A stretch of 64,000 nt of DNA, taken from Octopus sinensis (taxonomy: Eukaryota). A model generated the notes under the pieces. It ran no database searches. It was not told where the DNA came from and saw nothing but the letters and a program-made list of their open reading frames with translations. How positions within the stretch are numbered: the first letter of the stretch is position 1; each line of letters begins with the position of its first letter. The DNA is taken from NCBI RefSeq assembly GCF_006345805.1, contig NC_043024.1, positions 7,502,001 through 7,566,000 of the forward strand, in the 5' to 3' direction. Of this stretch, positions 1 through 12,699 are shown piece after piece. The translations under genes were made by a program, and so were the position numbers.

Positions 1-159
1 TATTGCAACTACGTGTCTCCTGGTTCAGGTTTCGGTATAGCCACCATTGTGTAGCTCCTTGGGCAAGTGTTATCAGATATGGCCAATCAATACCTTGTGA
101 GTGGTGAGTGGATTGGGTAGAGGGAAGGTGTGTACGTCCTTTATATGTATATATATAAA

Positions 160-528
160 TCAAAATCGTAATTGATCAACATCAATGGAATTTGTAGCTG
201 TGATACCAGTGCCAGTGGCATGTAAGAGAACCATCAGAATGTGGTTGCAGCCAGCGCCGACCTGACTGGCCTCGTGCCAGTGGCACGTAAAAAGCACCAT
301 CCGCTCGTGGCAGTTGCCAGCCCCGTCTGGCACCTGTGCAGGTGGCACGTAAAAGGCACCCACTACACTCTCGGAGTGGTTGGCGTTAGGAAGGGCATCC
401 AGCTGTAGAAACACTGCCAGATCTGACTGGAGCCTGGTGCAGCCTCCTGGCTTCCCAGACCCCGGTCGAACCGTCCAACCCATGCTAGCATGGAGAACGG
501 ACGTTAAACGATGATGATGATGATGATG

Positions 529-530
<2 letters not shown>
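160..530 (+). mobile_element. SINE-like family D with RTE-type tail ending (GAT)n
   Basis: Internal GTGGCACGTAAAAAGCACC repeats and 3' CCGTCCAACCCATGCTAGCATGG...TTAAACGATGATG. Further copies at about 4550-4975(+), 41490-41805(+), 42800-43020(-), 45205-45350(-), 45535-45870(-) and 60840-61300(+). Confidence 0.8.
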
Positions 531-571
<41 letters not shown>

Positions 572-574
572 TAT

Positions 575-774
575 TGATATCTCGTAAACTCCTACACGCA
601 TCTTTTTCTCTCCTTGTTTTTTTTCTGTGTATCCTTCTGTCGAAGAGCGTAGGCTCGAAACGTAAAAGACTTTTTCTATTTCTATTCCTGAGCACCATAC
701 TAATACATTTGTTTGTTTGTACTCCACCTGCCTTCGTCTTTTGTTTATTTTCGGAAACCTTCCTGTTATATATG

Positions 775-775
<1 letters not shown>
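575..775 (+). mobile_element. Short Penelope/retrozyme-like element, family P1, with HHR-like motif at 632-669
   Basis: TCCTT-CTGTCGA-A-GAGC-GTAG-GCTC-GAAA-CGTA-AAAGA. Flanked by (TA)n, with homologous copies at 22.2, 27.1 and 29.2 kb. Confidence 0.6.
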
Positions 776-806
<31 letters not shown>

Positions 807-1285
807 ATATACATATGTATATGTTTTTAAAACTTTTTTCAAATGAGAAAACATGACCAATCAGTCAATTAATCAATCAATCAATAATTATCAAAAACTT
901 TACTGAAAAAAAATACAATAAAAACATCAAAAAGTTTGAAAAATCACAACAGTTAATATTATGTATTTTATTCTTATAATTTTAAATTACAGAGTAAAAA
1001 AAATGCTCATCAATTTTATATATTTTTTTAAATTTAAAATTTTCAGTATCTGAATTAATAAAAATGTTTTTTTTTTTTTTAATTGTCCTCACCTCCACCA
1101 TATTCTACTATATAGTTCTGTATTATCATTTTCCTTTTTCTTTTTTTTTTTTTTTGAAACATGAAAAATTAAAATAAACTTTAAAACAAAATATTCTTTA
1201 AAAGGAATGTGGAGTGAAAATGAATGTTGTATCATGGCTCTAAAAATATATATATATATACATATATATCATGTACATCATCATA

Positions 1286-1319
<34 letters not shown>

Positions 1320-1822
1320 TACACATATATGTTGTTATTACTCTTCTTCTTCTTCTGATTATTATTATTGAGTGAGAGAGCAATGCATGCCATCAAAGTG
1401 ACACTGCGGTAAAATATATGAAGCCCATCATGACTACCCATCTGATAAGGGTACACCAGGCACATGCATCACAACAATATGTGCGTGACATGGTGATCTC
1501 ATATCGAGATAAACAGTGCATGACCTTGCAGGTGGGGGCCCAGTTAGAATTTTCTTCTGGCCGAGTAACCCATCCTGCTCAAAAGGTCCCTGAATAAGGG
1601 TTGTTTAAGGATGTTGAACAAACCACCCATGTTTCCAAAGGTGAATTATCCAAATCTCTAAGAATCCCTCTCAACACACGGCTATGATGCTCCCCCACTA
1701 CTTCTGCTCGTGATCAGAGATGCACATATCGTCAGCCACTAAGGAACATAATCAACTGGTTAAGGTCAAACAACTGACAAGCAAATCTGTGGTATTGAGC
1801 AGAATATTTGCTGTAGCCCATC

Positions 1823-1857
<35 letters not shown>

Positions 1858-2181
1858 GCAAGACTGGTATGGCTGAATGGACTTAATCTGTTTAGGCTTT
1901 CATAAGTAGGAGAAAAGAAACTGAAATATGGCACTTACTAAGTCTTGGAGACAGACCACAATAATCTAGGACATTTCACGTGGAACTTTCCCTCAAATTA
2001 CCCAAGGTGGACTGCTCCGCTATTGAGGAGTCTATTTGTTTATTTTTCTAAATTCTATTTTTATATCCTTTTGTTATATTTTTATTGATGTTTAAATTAA
2101 GTACCAGTGAAATGCTGGGGTCAATGTAATCAACTAGTCCCCTTCCATAAAATTTCAGGCCTTGTGTCACCAATAGAAAGG

Positions 2182-2251
<70 letters not shown>

Positions 2252-2615
2252 TATGTTTGACATTTGCTTTATATTTGTACAAGTTGGCTCCAAGTCTCAC
2301 CCGGAGACCTCAAGAGACAACAGGTTGGAAGTTCGTGTTGTTGCTATGCCTAGTGTGCCATATATTTGGTTTTGTATTTAGCGTTGTACTAGTGAATGTC
2401 TAAAAAAAAAAAACATACGAAAATTATATTTGTTTTAAAACTTGAGATTACATAGAAAGTAGTTTGCGTAGGATATGAGCAGTTCCCATGAGCACTATCT
2501 TTTGAAATTATTATTATTATTATTATTATTTCTGTTACTATTATTATTACTATTATTATTATTATTACTACTACTACTATAACTATTATCATTGTTGTTG
2601 TTGTTATTGTTGTTG

Positions 2616-2661
<46 letters not shown>

Positions 2662-4323
2662 ATGATAAAGATTGTAGAGATTTAAAATGGTCAAGCAAGG
2701 TTCAGAAAGCAACATGTGATTAGTCATGTGATCAAATTGTATTTATAGACATTAACCTGTCTCGTATTCTGTAGACAACATAACATGGTCTTTTTTTTTT
2801 TTTTTTCTTTTTCATTTTACCTATCCAGTAATAAAAACGAGGGTTGCAGTCTTGAGTGATTAGCTGTAGGAAAATGGAATTTAAGAGCCGAAACCACAAC
2901 AGTTCCAAGGCTCAGGATGAGATGATTGGGGGCAGCTGTTGGAATACTGATGATTTGGCAAGGCTGACTGGATGCTGAAGAAGTTTTTGGTAACAGTACC
3001 TTTTGGAGCTGGAAGCAAATACATGCACAAGACAGGCATATATAAGAATATCCATATAAGGAGAGAGAGAGAAGGATGGAAGGAGAAAGGAGACGAGAGA
3101 GATTGTAATTTACCAATTGAATATGATTGACTGAAACACATTTCCTCTCCTCATACGCATAAATAGAAATATGTGCATATATAGAGAGAAAGAGAAAGGA
3201 AGGGAAGAAAAAGAAAAAGGGAGGGAGATCCTAGAAGGCAGACACACAGACAGACAGAACGGACTTTATATAATAGATATACATATATACGAAGGGCTTC
3301 TTTCGGTTTCTGTCTACCAAATCCACTCACAGGGCTTTGGTCGGTCTGAGGCTATAGAAGAAGGCACTTGCCCAAGGCGCCACACAGTGGGACTGAACCC
3401 GGAACCATGTGGTTGGTAAGCAAGCTACTTGCCACATAGCCACAGACACACAACATATACACACACACACACTCACATATATCATCATCGTTTAGCGTCC
3501 GCTTTCCATGCTAGCATGGGTTGTATATATATATATACATATACATGATGGGCTGCTTTCAGTTTCTGTCCACCAAATCCATTCACAAGGCTTTGGTCGG
3601 TCCAAGGCTATAGTAGAAGACACTTGCTCAAGGTGCCACGCAGTGGGATTGAACCCGGAAAAGAGAACAGGAAAAGAGAGAGAAACACTACAATCTGTTA
3701 ATCAAACACGACTGACATAAACACTTCTCTCTCCTCAGACACAGAAAAAATATGCCTTTACACGCACACAGACACAGACACACACACACACACACACAGA
3801 GAAAAAGAGAGAGACGAAAAAAATTAAAGCCAATCACCAAGATGTCTGATGTCAAATAAGTCAGCATCGAATCAGTAATGCCAAATAAGTGGCACCGAAA
3901 CAGCTGTATGTTAAGACATTTCATGCCCTTCAAGGTTCCCTCTACTAACCCAAACCTAACATGGAAAATGAAACAAAAACATCCGTACAAACACATATCT
4001 TTTTTAAAAATCAAAACATACTGACACTATGTGGTTCTTCTTCCCTTTACACGAACAAATACACTTTTAAAACACTCAGAACATGCACAGACAGACATCC
4101 AGACATTAGAGTCATTCTTATGTGTATAATAAAGTAAATAATAAGAATATAATTGAATTAAACAGTTGAATATAAATGTAGAAAAACATGTTAATTATGT
4201 GTAGAGCCTTTAATGGCTAAGTCCATCATTGATGAAGTTCCTCTCTTTTAGTGTAATTTTCAGAATGGTGGTTAGTCTGCAGATCTCTGAGAGTCTCCAT
4301 AAATTTTAGCTGTTTTGTTTCTT

Positions 4324-4367
4324 TTAAGCATCAAATCTTCTGTAAGGATTTTCCTCCTTCACCAGAC
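4324..4367 (-). CDS. PTTG1IP: PTTG1IP-like terminal coding exon 7
   Basis: Acceptor ccttcttttatag. Encodes (G)LVKEENPYRRFDA then TAA, resembling human GLFKEENPYARFENN and retaining the YxxF motif. The 3'UTR end could not be determined. Confidence 0.93.
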
Positions 4368-4670
4368 CTATAAAAGAAGGTAAAAAAAATTTTTTTAAAT
4401 AATTTCATTAAATTATTCTAATCATATTTATACTTATGGATTACCCCATAATGTCTGTTTGAAAAGCTGTAAACAGTGAAAGCATTTAATATAATCCGAA
4501 AACTTTTTCTTAAAACATTTGAATCATGTTTGTTTTTTTTTTTTCTCATAAAAGCACCCACTACACTCTCGGAGTGGTTGGCGTTAGGAAGGGCATCCAG
4601 CTGTAGAAACTCTGCCAGATCAAGACTGGAGCTTGGTGCAACCATCTGGTTTGCCAGCCCACAGTCAAAC

Positions 4671-4893
4671 CTATTTCTTTACTACCCACAAGGGGCTAAA
4701 CACAAAGAGGACAAACAAGGATAGACAAATGGATTAAGTCAATTATATCGACCCCAGTGCATAACTGGTACTTATTTAATCGACCCCGAAAGGATAAAAG
4801 GCAAAGTCGACCTTGGCGGAATTTGAACTTACAACATAGCGCAGACGAAATACTGCTAAGTATTTCGCCTGGCGTGCTAACGTTTCTGCCAGC
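4671..4893 (-). mobile_element. Meta-domain-like tRNA SINE nested in a family D element
   Basis: GTCGACTTTGCCTTT(T/C)ATCCTTTCGGGGTCGAT...AAGTACCAG motif and 19-bp flanking duplication. Other copies at about 11520-11725(-), 14042-14198(-), 19040-19418(+, two in tandem), 38735-39085(+), 49180-49320(-) and 62335-62525(+). Confidence 0.8.
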
Positions 4894-5226
4894 CCACAGT
4901 CAAACTGTCCAACCCATGCTAGCATGGAAAGCGGACGTTATACGATGATGATGATGATGATGATAATGATGATGATTACCATAATCCGAGGTGAATAGGG
5001 ACAATTTTGAGGTTCAAATGCATGTTACTAAGCGACTACAATAGCCTTTACTGATTAATTTAGTAGGATTTATGTCCCTACCGGTAACCTACCGACGCAC
5101 ATTGAAACTTTATCAAAATCCGTTGGCACACCCATTTTTTAAAATAAAAAACCACTGACCCTATTTACCCCATCGATTGGGGTGAAAAGGGACAGTTATC
5201 TACAACACACTATTGGACCTATTCAA

Positions 5227-5899
5227 CTAGCTGCAGGGACAAATAAAAAAACTACAGGTAAACAAAGTGATACGAAGTGAACAGATTATTGGCAGAATTA
5301 AAAAGATTACAGGTATTACAGGTAAACAGAGTAACATGAAATGAATAGATTATTGGCAGAATGTGAACTTAAATTGTCGCCAATCAAAACTTCTTTTCTT
5401 GCCAGTTTTTCAGATAAGGCAAGGTTATGGTTATAAACCAGCCACTGAAACTTTGAGGATCAAACCAGCCCAACTTACTTCTGTTGTACTGGGCACCTTT
5501 TGGCCCACCGAGTGCCCATATGTCGTACAGGTTAACAGCCTTGTATACAGGTGTATAATTAATGATTTTCAAGTTAAGAAAGTCTTTCCTCAAACAGATT
5601 GTTTATATCCCGAATTCTTTGTGAAAACCTTTTTAAATACACACACACATATATATATACAAGCACCCCGCCCCCGCCCAATGGACAGTGCTGATGTACT
5701 TGTGCGTACAAATGCATGTTCCTACGGCTTTATCGATCGCATTCTCACCTGGAATCGATTTTTGTAGTTTTTTCGAGACTTATACACACCCTGATACTAT
5801 CGGTATCTACATGTCAAATTTGAACGCAAACGGATGGAGGATGCCCGAGATCCTAGAAGACACACAGACAGACAGACAGAATGGATTTTATATAATAGA
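5227..5899 (-). mobile_element. Probable non-autonomous Helitron
   Basis: Minus-strand 5' end A|TCTATTATATAAAATCC...(TCTG)n and possible 3' end GCAGCTAG|T at 5227. 5'-end fragments recur at about 3225-3280 and 6060-6090. Confidence 0.5.
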
Positions 5900-6725
5900 T
5901 ATACATATATATGACGGGCTTCTTTCAGTTTCCATCTACCAAATCCACTCACAAGGCTTTGGTTGGCCTGAGGCTATAGTAGAAAACATTTGCCCAAGGT
6001 TCCACGCAGTGGGGCTGAACCCAGAACCATGTGGTTCGTAAGCAAGCTACTTACCACACACGGACAGAAAGGATTTTATATAATAGATATACATATATAC
6101 GACGGGCTTCTTTCAGTTTCCGTCTACCAAATCCACTCACAAGGCTTTGGTCGACCCGAGGCTATAGTAGAAAACACTTGCCCAAGGTGTCACGCAGTGG
6201 GACTGAACCCGGAACCATGTGGTTCGTAAGCAAGCTACTTACCACACAGCCACTCCTGCACCTATGCAGAGCTGCTTTCAGTTTGTCGACCAAATTCACT
6301 CACAAAGCTCTGGTGGACACAACACTGAACATGTACCACAAATTGCAAGAAGCAGCGTGAACAAAAATAAAAGAAACCAAGGAAAAAGAAAGGACACGAA
6401 AAGCGTGAAATACATAATATGACACCGTCTGATACAGACAGAAACGTAATGGATACGGTTCATTGGTTTAGCCTTGAACTAAATGGAAAGCCATGTTAGT
6501 GAAACGTAATACATCTGTCAGATAGCAGTGAGGAGGAATGAAAACTAAGGCAGTTTGTAAACAATTGTGAAACAATAGGTTTGTGTGATATTTGCTTTAC
6601 AGGGTAAAAATTCAAGAAATAAATAAACAAATGCATGGTTCATTTCACTTTATATAAACAGGTGTCACTGGTTCATGCACTTTTTGATTTATGCTTCACG
6701 ATCATGATTGAGGTATATTATGCTA

Positions 6726-6760
<35 letters not shown>

Positions 6761-7106
6761 ATATAAATATATAAATATAGATAAAGTGTGAAATATAATT
6801 AGTTTAATAAAATCAACAAATTTCACCTCGTAGTATTTCGGTATGGAAAAGGACCATATTCGGTAAAAGTTTATATAATTATAACAATGAGGGTCTTTGC
6901 AACAAGTTGCTCAAAGCAACTTGTTGCAAAAGACCCTTATTATAATTATATAATATATATTATAATTATATATATAATATATATATATTATATATATATT
7001 ATGTATATATATATATAGATAGATAGATAGATAGATAAAACTTACTTGGAAGAGGATGTGTGGCATTCAATCATACAATAATATAAATTATATATATATG
7101 CATATA

Positions 7107-7322
7107 TACATACATACATATACATACTTACATCTATCATCATCATCATCGTTTAACGTCCGTTTTCCGTGCTTGCACGGGTTGGATGGAAAATTTGCTA
7201 ACAGGCTCCAGGGGGATGTTAGCAAATTTTCTGTCCAGCCCGTGCTAGCACAGAAAATGGATGTTAAACGATGATGATGATGATGATGATAGATGTAAGT
7301 ATGTACATGTACGTATGTATAT
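7107..7322. repeat. Foldback of a family D tail plus flanking DNA
   Basis: Arms include non-element flank (ACTTACATCTATCATC / GATGATAGATGTAAGT) and inner AAAATTTGCTAACA/TGTTAGCAAATTTT. Confidence 0.9.
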
Positions 7323-7599
7323 ATGCATATCTATACGTATATAAATATATATATATATATATATATGCATATGTGGGCATACGATGTCACGAAACATGTA
7401 CAACAAAAAAATACGCAGTACAAGTACATGGAATATGAACTATTCTTTTGAACAACAAAAAACACAAATGGAAAAGAAGTCAAACAACATAATGCATATC
7501 TATATATATAAAACTCAACTTGTGTGTCTGTGTGTGTATCGGTGTGTTTAACTTCCCGGCACATCTCCTCCTAGCCAACAAATAATAGAACCACCAAAA

Positions 7600-7821
7600 A
7601 TGGGTCACTTAAAGTTAAGGTGAATGAAAATTGAACTGCGCTATTTCTGTTCCGAAATTCATCTTGCAAGTGCAAAAATCGATAATGTGTTTGTTAAGGC
7701 CTTATCCCATGCATTGAATAGTGAACTTTACTCAGTCAGCTGTTTGACGTGAACTGTGTTCACCACGCGTGCAAGCATGTGTAAATTGTATGAAAAATAA
7801 AAATCCGGGCAATACTGCTAG
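7600..7821 (+). mobile_element. Helitron 3' fragment
   Basis: Ends CCGGGCAATACTGCTAG|T, as at 20418. 5' boundary uncertain. Confidence 0.5.
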
Positions 7822-7869
7822 TATATATATATATATATATTATATATATATATATGTATACCTCATTGG

Positions 7870-9532
7870 AACACAGATAAGTGAATGAACCAGTGGATTT
7901 CTTTACTGGCTCACCTATAACCGGCGAGGCGGTTACAGTGGATTACACCGACATTAGTGAAAAAGATATACTACTAGCCATAGATGAGGTGGATGCAAAC
8001 TCAACTGCTGGTCCTGATGGTTTCCCAGCAATTCTCCTCAAAATCATGTAAGTGTTCCCTGGCGAAACCTCTACAGATTCCCTTCCAGAGCTCTTTTTGC
8101 AAATGGCAGGCTGCCAAGCAAACTGAAGGAGGGAATAATATGCCCAATCCATAAAGGAGGAAGCAGAGCAGGTGTCAAAAACTATAGGCCTATCTCTCTG
8201 ACTTCACACATCAGCAAAGTCATGGAATGGATAGTCAGAGAGGAAATAATCGCATTCCTTGAAGAAAACAACTTGCTGAGTGATACCCAGCATGGCTTTT
8301 GGCCAGACAGGAACTGCCTGACCCAATTATTTTTCATAGCACTATGACTGGGTGTTGAGGCAGTTACTCAACAACTCAAATGTGGACGTAATATAGCTTG
8401 ACTTTGTAAAAGCTTTTGATAAAGTGGATCATGGTATGATATGCCCCAAACTGCGTGATCTCAGTAGAGCTGGAAAACTTGGCAGTAGTGCCCAATGGAT
8501 CCACCTCAAAGAAAACAAAAACAGTGAGCAGTGTTCCACAGGGCACTGTCTTGGGACAACTACTTTTCATAGTGGCCCTCTCAGATATGCCCTCAGCTGC
8601 TTGGATAGCCACCCTTGCTAGCTATGCATACAATATGAAAGTTTCACAGAAAATACAGAACACCAGCGATGTTGCACACCTGCAGCAGGATTTGGACTCA
8701 ATTTACAGATGAGCTGAGGACAATAATATTCAGTTTAATGCTGAATAATTCCAAGCCGTGCGTGACCAGCATCCAATAGAATATAAAACTTACAGGGTAC
8801 ACTGATCCACAGGGCATTACAATCCCAGAGCCTAAATCAGTGAGGGACCTGGGTATTGACATGAGCAATGATACCTCTTTCCAAGTGCACATTACCAGGA
8901 TGGCTACAAAGTGCAGACGACTGGCTGGATGGATCCTGGAAGGAAACTATGATGGTCCTCTGGAGGACATTTGTCCTAAGCCATCTGGACTACTGCTCCC
9001 AGTTAGGGTCACCCAACAGTGTAAAATTAACAGCAGACCTTGAAGCAATTCAGCGAAACTTCACAAAAAAGATCATCTTCTTGAGACAGCTCAGCTACTG
9101 GGAAAAACTGAAACAGCTAAGACTTTACTCCCTGGAGCGAAGGCAGGAGAGGTATGCAGTAATATACATCTGGAAGATCCAGGAAGGAATTGTGCCGAAT
9201 TTTGGCATTGAAAGTTAGACCAATGCCAGAATGGGTTGACACTGCACAGTGACAAAATCCTAGCAATTCCGTTGCGCTTCAGGACCAGTTACTGCAACAG
9301 CCTGCATTTCAGGGGTCTACAGCTTTTCAATATTCTCCCAAAGAGTCTGAGGGACCTACACAAAATGGATGTAGGCGTTTTCAATTCAAAACTGAATCTC
9401 TTTCTGTCGAAAGTCTTAGATAAACCTACCTCACGGCAAGAGGTGCAAATGAGGGTAGAGACATTAAGCTCCCTTTAGCAAAATGGTGGTGCCTCAGCAC
9501 GGCTGCAGCTCTGAGCTGAAACTACCATAAAA

Positions 9533-9537
<5 letters not shown>
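7870..9537 (+). mobile_element. 5'-truncated, frameshifted CR1/L2-group LINE (RT domain to 3' end)
   Basis: Translates to AGPDGFPAILLK, LDFVKAFDKVDHG, SVPQGTVLGQLLF, RDLGIDMS and HLDYCSQL...LEAIQRNFTK. Ends in a stem-loop plus A-run. Confidence 0.9.
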
Positions 9538-9563
<26 letters not shown>

Positions 9564-11059
9564 CACACACACATTAGACATATATTATAAGTATATATGT
9601 ATATTTTATGCCATCAAATACCAGTATGTGGGTGTGTATGTGTTTGTGTATAACTGTTGTACTGACTAGCAGCAAAAAAAAAAAAAAACTCCTAGCCATT
9701 TCAGCTAATTTAATTACTGATTAATATGAGGGAATATTATTCCAAACTTTCAGGGAAAAATTCAATTTAGAAAAACTTAGGAAAATTTTTCTAAATGGTA
9801 TAATTCAATTTTTCATTATTATGGACATGTATTTGATGATGCTGTCATTGTGTTTATTTGTGCCAAAACACATAGAAAGTGACCAAGAAACTGAGAACGC
9901 AATGTAAGTGCTGAGAAGGAAGGACAAACAAAAAACACCACAAAAGCAAAATACCCCCCCCCCCCTCATGAAGTGAATTTATACAGATACATGCATGAGT
10001 GCTTGTAAGTGCCAGCATATACGTACGTGTGTTTGTGTGAGTTTACATTACATTACACACACACATATATATGGTGGCCGCCCCCTCGTTATCGAGTATG
10101 GCCATTGCACTAAGCTTAATCAATGTTATTATCGTGCAATGCATGTACAAGAAGATTTTTTTTTAAAGTGAAGAAAGGCTGTGCACTGAGTCAATCCCAC
10201 TCACTAAGCAACAGCAGCCATAATCCAAAAAGAAGAACAAGTCAACATCATCGGTAACCACTGAACCGCAGGTTTTATGTCGAAGTTATCCCAGTTACCT
10301 GAGTTACCTTCTCCTAGAAGGATGCCCTAACAAAGGCTAGGAGTCCTTCACTTCCAATGGTTTTACCGTGCGATCGGGTATTCAGTCCGATTATTTCTAT
10401 GTCCCTGCGCATGATACAGCCTTAAGGCATTTATTGGATGGCCGTTGACTCTCAAGAGTTCTTCCGCCCTTTGACGAGTTTTGGTTTTCATCCCGTAGGG
10501 TGTCCAATAAATACCCTCCTCACCAAGCAAGCTTGGTGGGGTTGCCGGTTTAGTCGCAGACGACCTGACCATGCAACACATACTTACATGCTAATATCAA
10601 ACATATCCCTATCCACACAACTGAATTGCAGAAGTTTAGTAACTTTTCTAATATTTCAGGCACAGACGCCCTTCGTCAAGAAGTAAACCGAATAAGGAAG
10701 TGTGAGGCAACACGGATCAGGCAATGTTGAGAGGAGACCTGTTCAGGCTCACACTTCACTAAGCTGTCCACTGATGACTGGCCTTGGGGCCTGAAATATA
10801 TTAAGGTAACTTCACTTCCTGTTTCTGCGGTGTTATAAGCTCTCCATCTTCATTATTTTGTTATTTTAGTTCTGTTCAACAATACTTCGTGCAAGCTACA
10901 ATGACCATCTTACATAGTGAGAGAGAGAGAGAGAGACAGAGGCGAAGGAAATGTGAAAGAAATATAGACAATGTGTGCAAAATAGAATAAAATAATAAAA
11001 CACAGGCACACAGACATAGATACAAATACATACAAGCTAGACACAGCACAACATCTTAC

Positions 11060-11074
11060 CTTCAATAATGATTC
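11060..11074 (-). CDS. Candidate 15-nt alternative microexon of the PTTG1IP-like gene
   Basis: ttttactgctctctaccag|GAATCATTATTGAAG|gtaagatg. Phase 1/1 and frame-preserving, giving KKYG-IIIEG-LVKEENPY. Supported by splice signals only. Confidence 0.45.
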
Positions 11075-11895
11075 CTGGTAGAGAGCAGTAAAACAATGAA
11101 TTTTTGTAATTATAATTTGAGAATGAATTCTCTTGGAATTAACGGCCATGCAAAACATATTCAGTGGTTCTCAAAAGGGGTCCACATAAGATTTTGTTGG
11201 GTAAGTTTATGAGAAATAAATTAGTTATACTTTTACAATATATACTCTCTTTTACTTGTTTCAGTCATTTGACTGTGGTCATGCTGAACCTTGAACCATG
11301 TGGTTGGTAAGCAAGCTACTTACCACACAGCCTATACATAAAATATTTTAACAATTTTTTTACATTATTTCTAATATCTAATTATAAAAATATAAAAGGA
11401 TTTATTTTTTTTAACATGAGGATCCAATAGAATTAAATAGGAATCAGAGGGATCCATAGACATAAAATGATTGAGAAACACTACAGCTATATAAACACTG
11501 TTATATTCTTTTCTACTCTAGGCACAAGGCTCCAAATTTTGGGGGGAGAGGGCCAGTTGATTAGATCGACCCCAGTATACAACTGGTACTTAATTTATCG
11601 ACCCTGAAAGGATGAAAGGCAAAGTCAACCCCAGCGGAATTTGAACTCAGAACATAAAGACAGACAAAATATCAGTAAGCATTTCGCCTGGTGTGCTAAC
11701 GTTTCTGCCAGCTTACTGCCTTCGTCTTAATGTTATATTAAAATATTAATGAGTTTTAATTACTAATTTCATGGACAGTTTACAATTTGTGTGGGGGGGT
11801 GGGGTTACATAAAAACATGAAAAGTTAGAGAACCAGAAGAAATGCCTCTAAGCATTTTGTCTCAATCATTAATCAAAGACATCAAAGTGACTTAC

Positions 11896-11942
11896 CGTAT
11901 TTCTTCCTGATTTCGTCATTCCTCTGTTGCCTTTCTTGTTTC
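11896..11942 (-). CDS. PTTG1IP: PTTG1IP-like coding exon 6
   Basis: Acceptor tttgtttgttgtttcag, 47 nt, donor GTAAGT. Encodes KQERQQRNDEIRKKY(G), containing the family hallmark DEIRKKYG. Confidence 0.95.
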
Positions 11943-12014
11943 CTGAAACAACAAACAAAACCAAAATTAACATCTAGCCTTCATCAGGTTGACCCACAGT
12001 AAACCTCAACAGTA

Positions 12015-12560
12015 TAGGCACAGGAGTGGCTGTGTGGTAAGTAGCTTGTTTACCAACCACATGGTTCCGGGTTCAGTCCCACTGCGTGGAACCTTGGGCA
12101 AGTGTCTTCTACTATAGCCCCGGGCCAACCAAAGCCTTGTGAGTGGATTTGGTAGACGGAAACTGAAAGAAGCCCGTCGTATATATGTATATATATATAT
12201 ATATCTATATATATATATAGGCACAGGAGTGGCTGAGTGGTAAGTAGCTTGCTTACCAACCACATGGTTCTGGGTTCAGTCCCACTGCGTGGGACCTTGG
12301 GTAAGTGTCTTCTACTATAGCCTTGGGCCGACCAATGCCTTGTGAGTGGATTTGGTAGATGGAAACTGAAAGAAGCCTGTCGTATATATGTATGCGTGTC
12401 TGTGTTTGTCTCCCACAACATCGCTTGACAACCGATGCTGGTGTGTTTACGTCGCCGTCACTTAGCAGTTCGGCAAAAGAGGGGTCGATTTGCTCGACTA
12501 AAGGTGGTGCTCCAGCATGGCCGCAGTCAAATGACTGAAACAAGTAAAAGAGTAAACCTC
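12015..12560 (+). mobile_element. tRNA-derived SINE family A (CORE-like), partial plus full copy
   Basis: Head GGAGTGGCTGTGTGGTAAG...GGTTCAGTCCC (Pol III A/B-like boxes), CCTTGGGCAAGTG, internal TA/CA tract, tail CAGTC-AAAT-GACTG-AAACAAGTAAAAGAG. Confidence 0.9.
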
Positions 12561-12699
12561 AACAGTAAAGACAGGTGTAAATGGACAGGGCTTTCAAGTG
12601 TGGATGTACTTTCACTCTCTGTGAAGCAGAAGCCATCAACAACTTTTCTCCACTGTTCTTGATTCTGAGCTGTCAGGGACACTCCTTTAGTAGGGAGCA

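Noticed and set aside
2963-3015. CTGAAGA-hairpin-GGAAG motif
   Set aside because: Lacks GAAA and a stem III.
10073-10145. Possible HDV-like ribozyme at the start of a LINE-5'UTR-like segment (P1 GGTGGCC/GGCCATT)
   Set aside because: No valid P3/L3, P1.1 or P2 partner could be assigned; only simple hairpins are present.
10764-10803. CTGATGA...GGCC/GGCC...GAAAT HHR-like string
   Set aside because: Stem I cannot form and there are no homologous copies, so it is probably chance.
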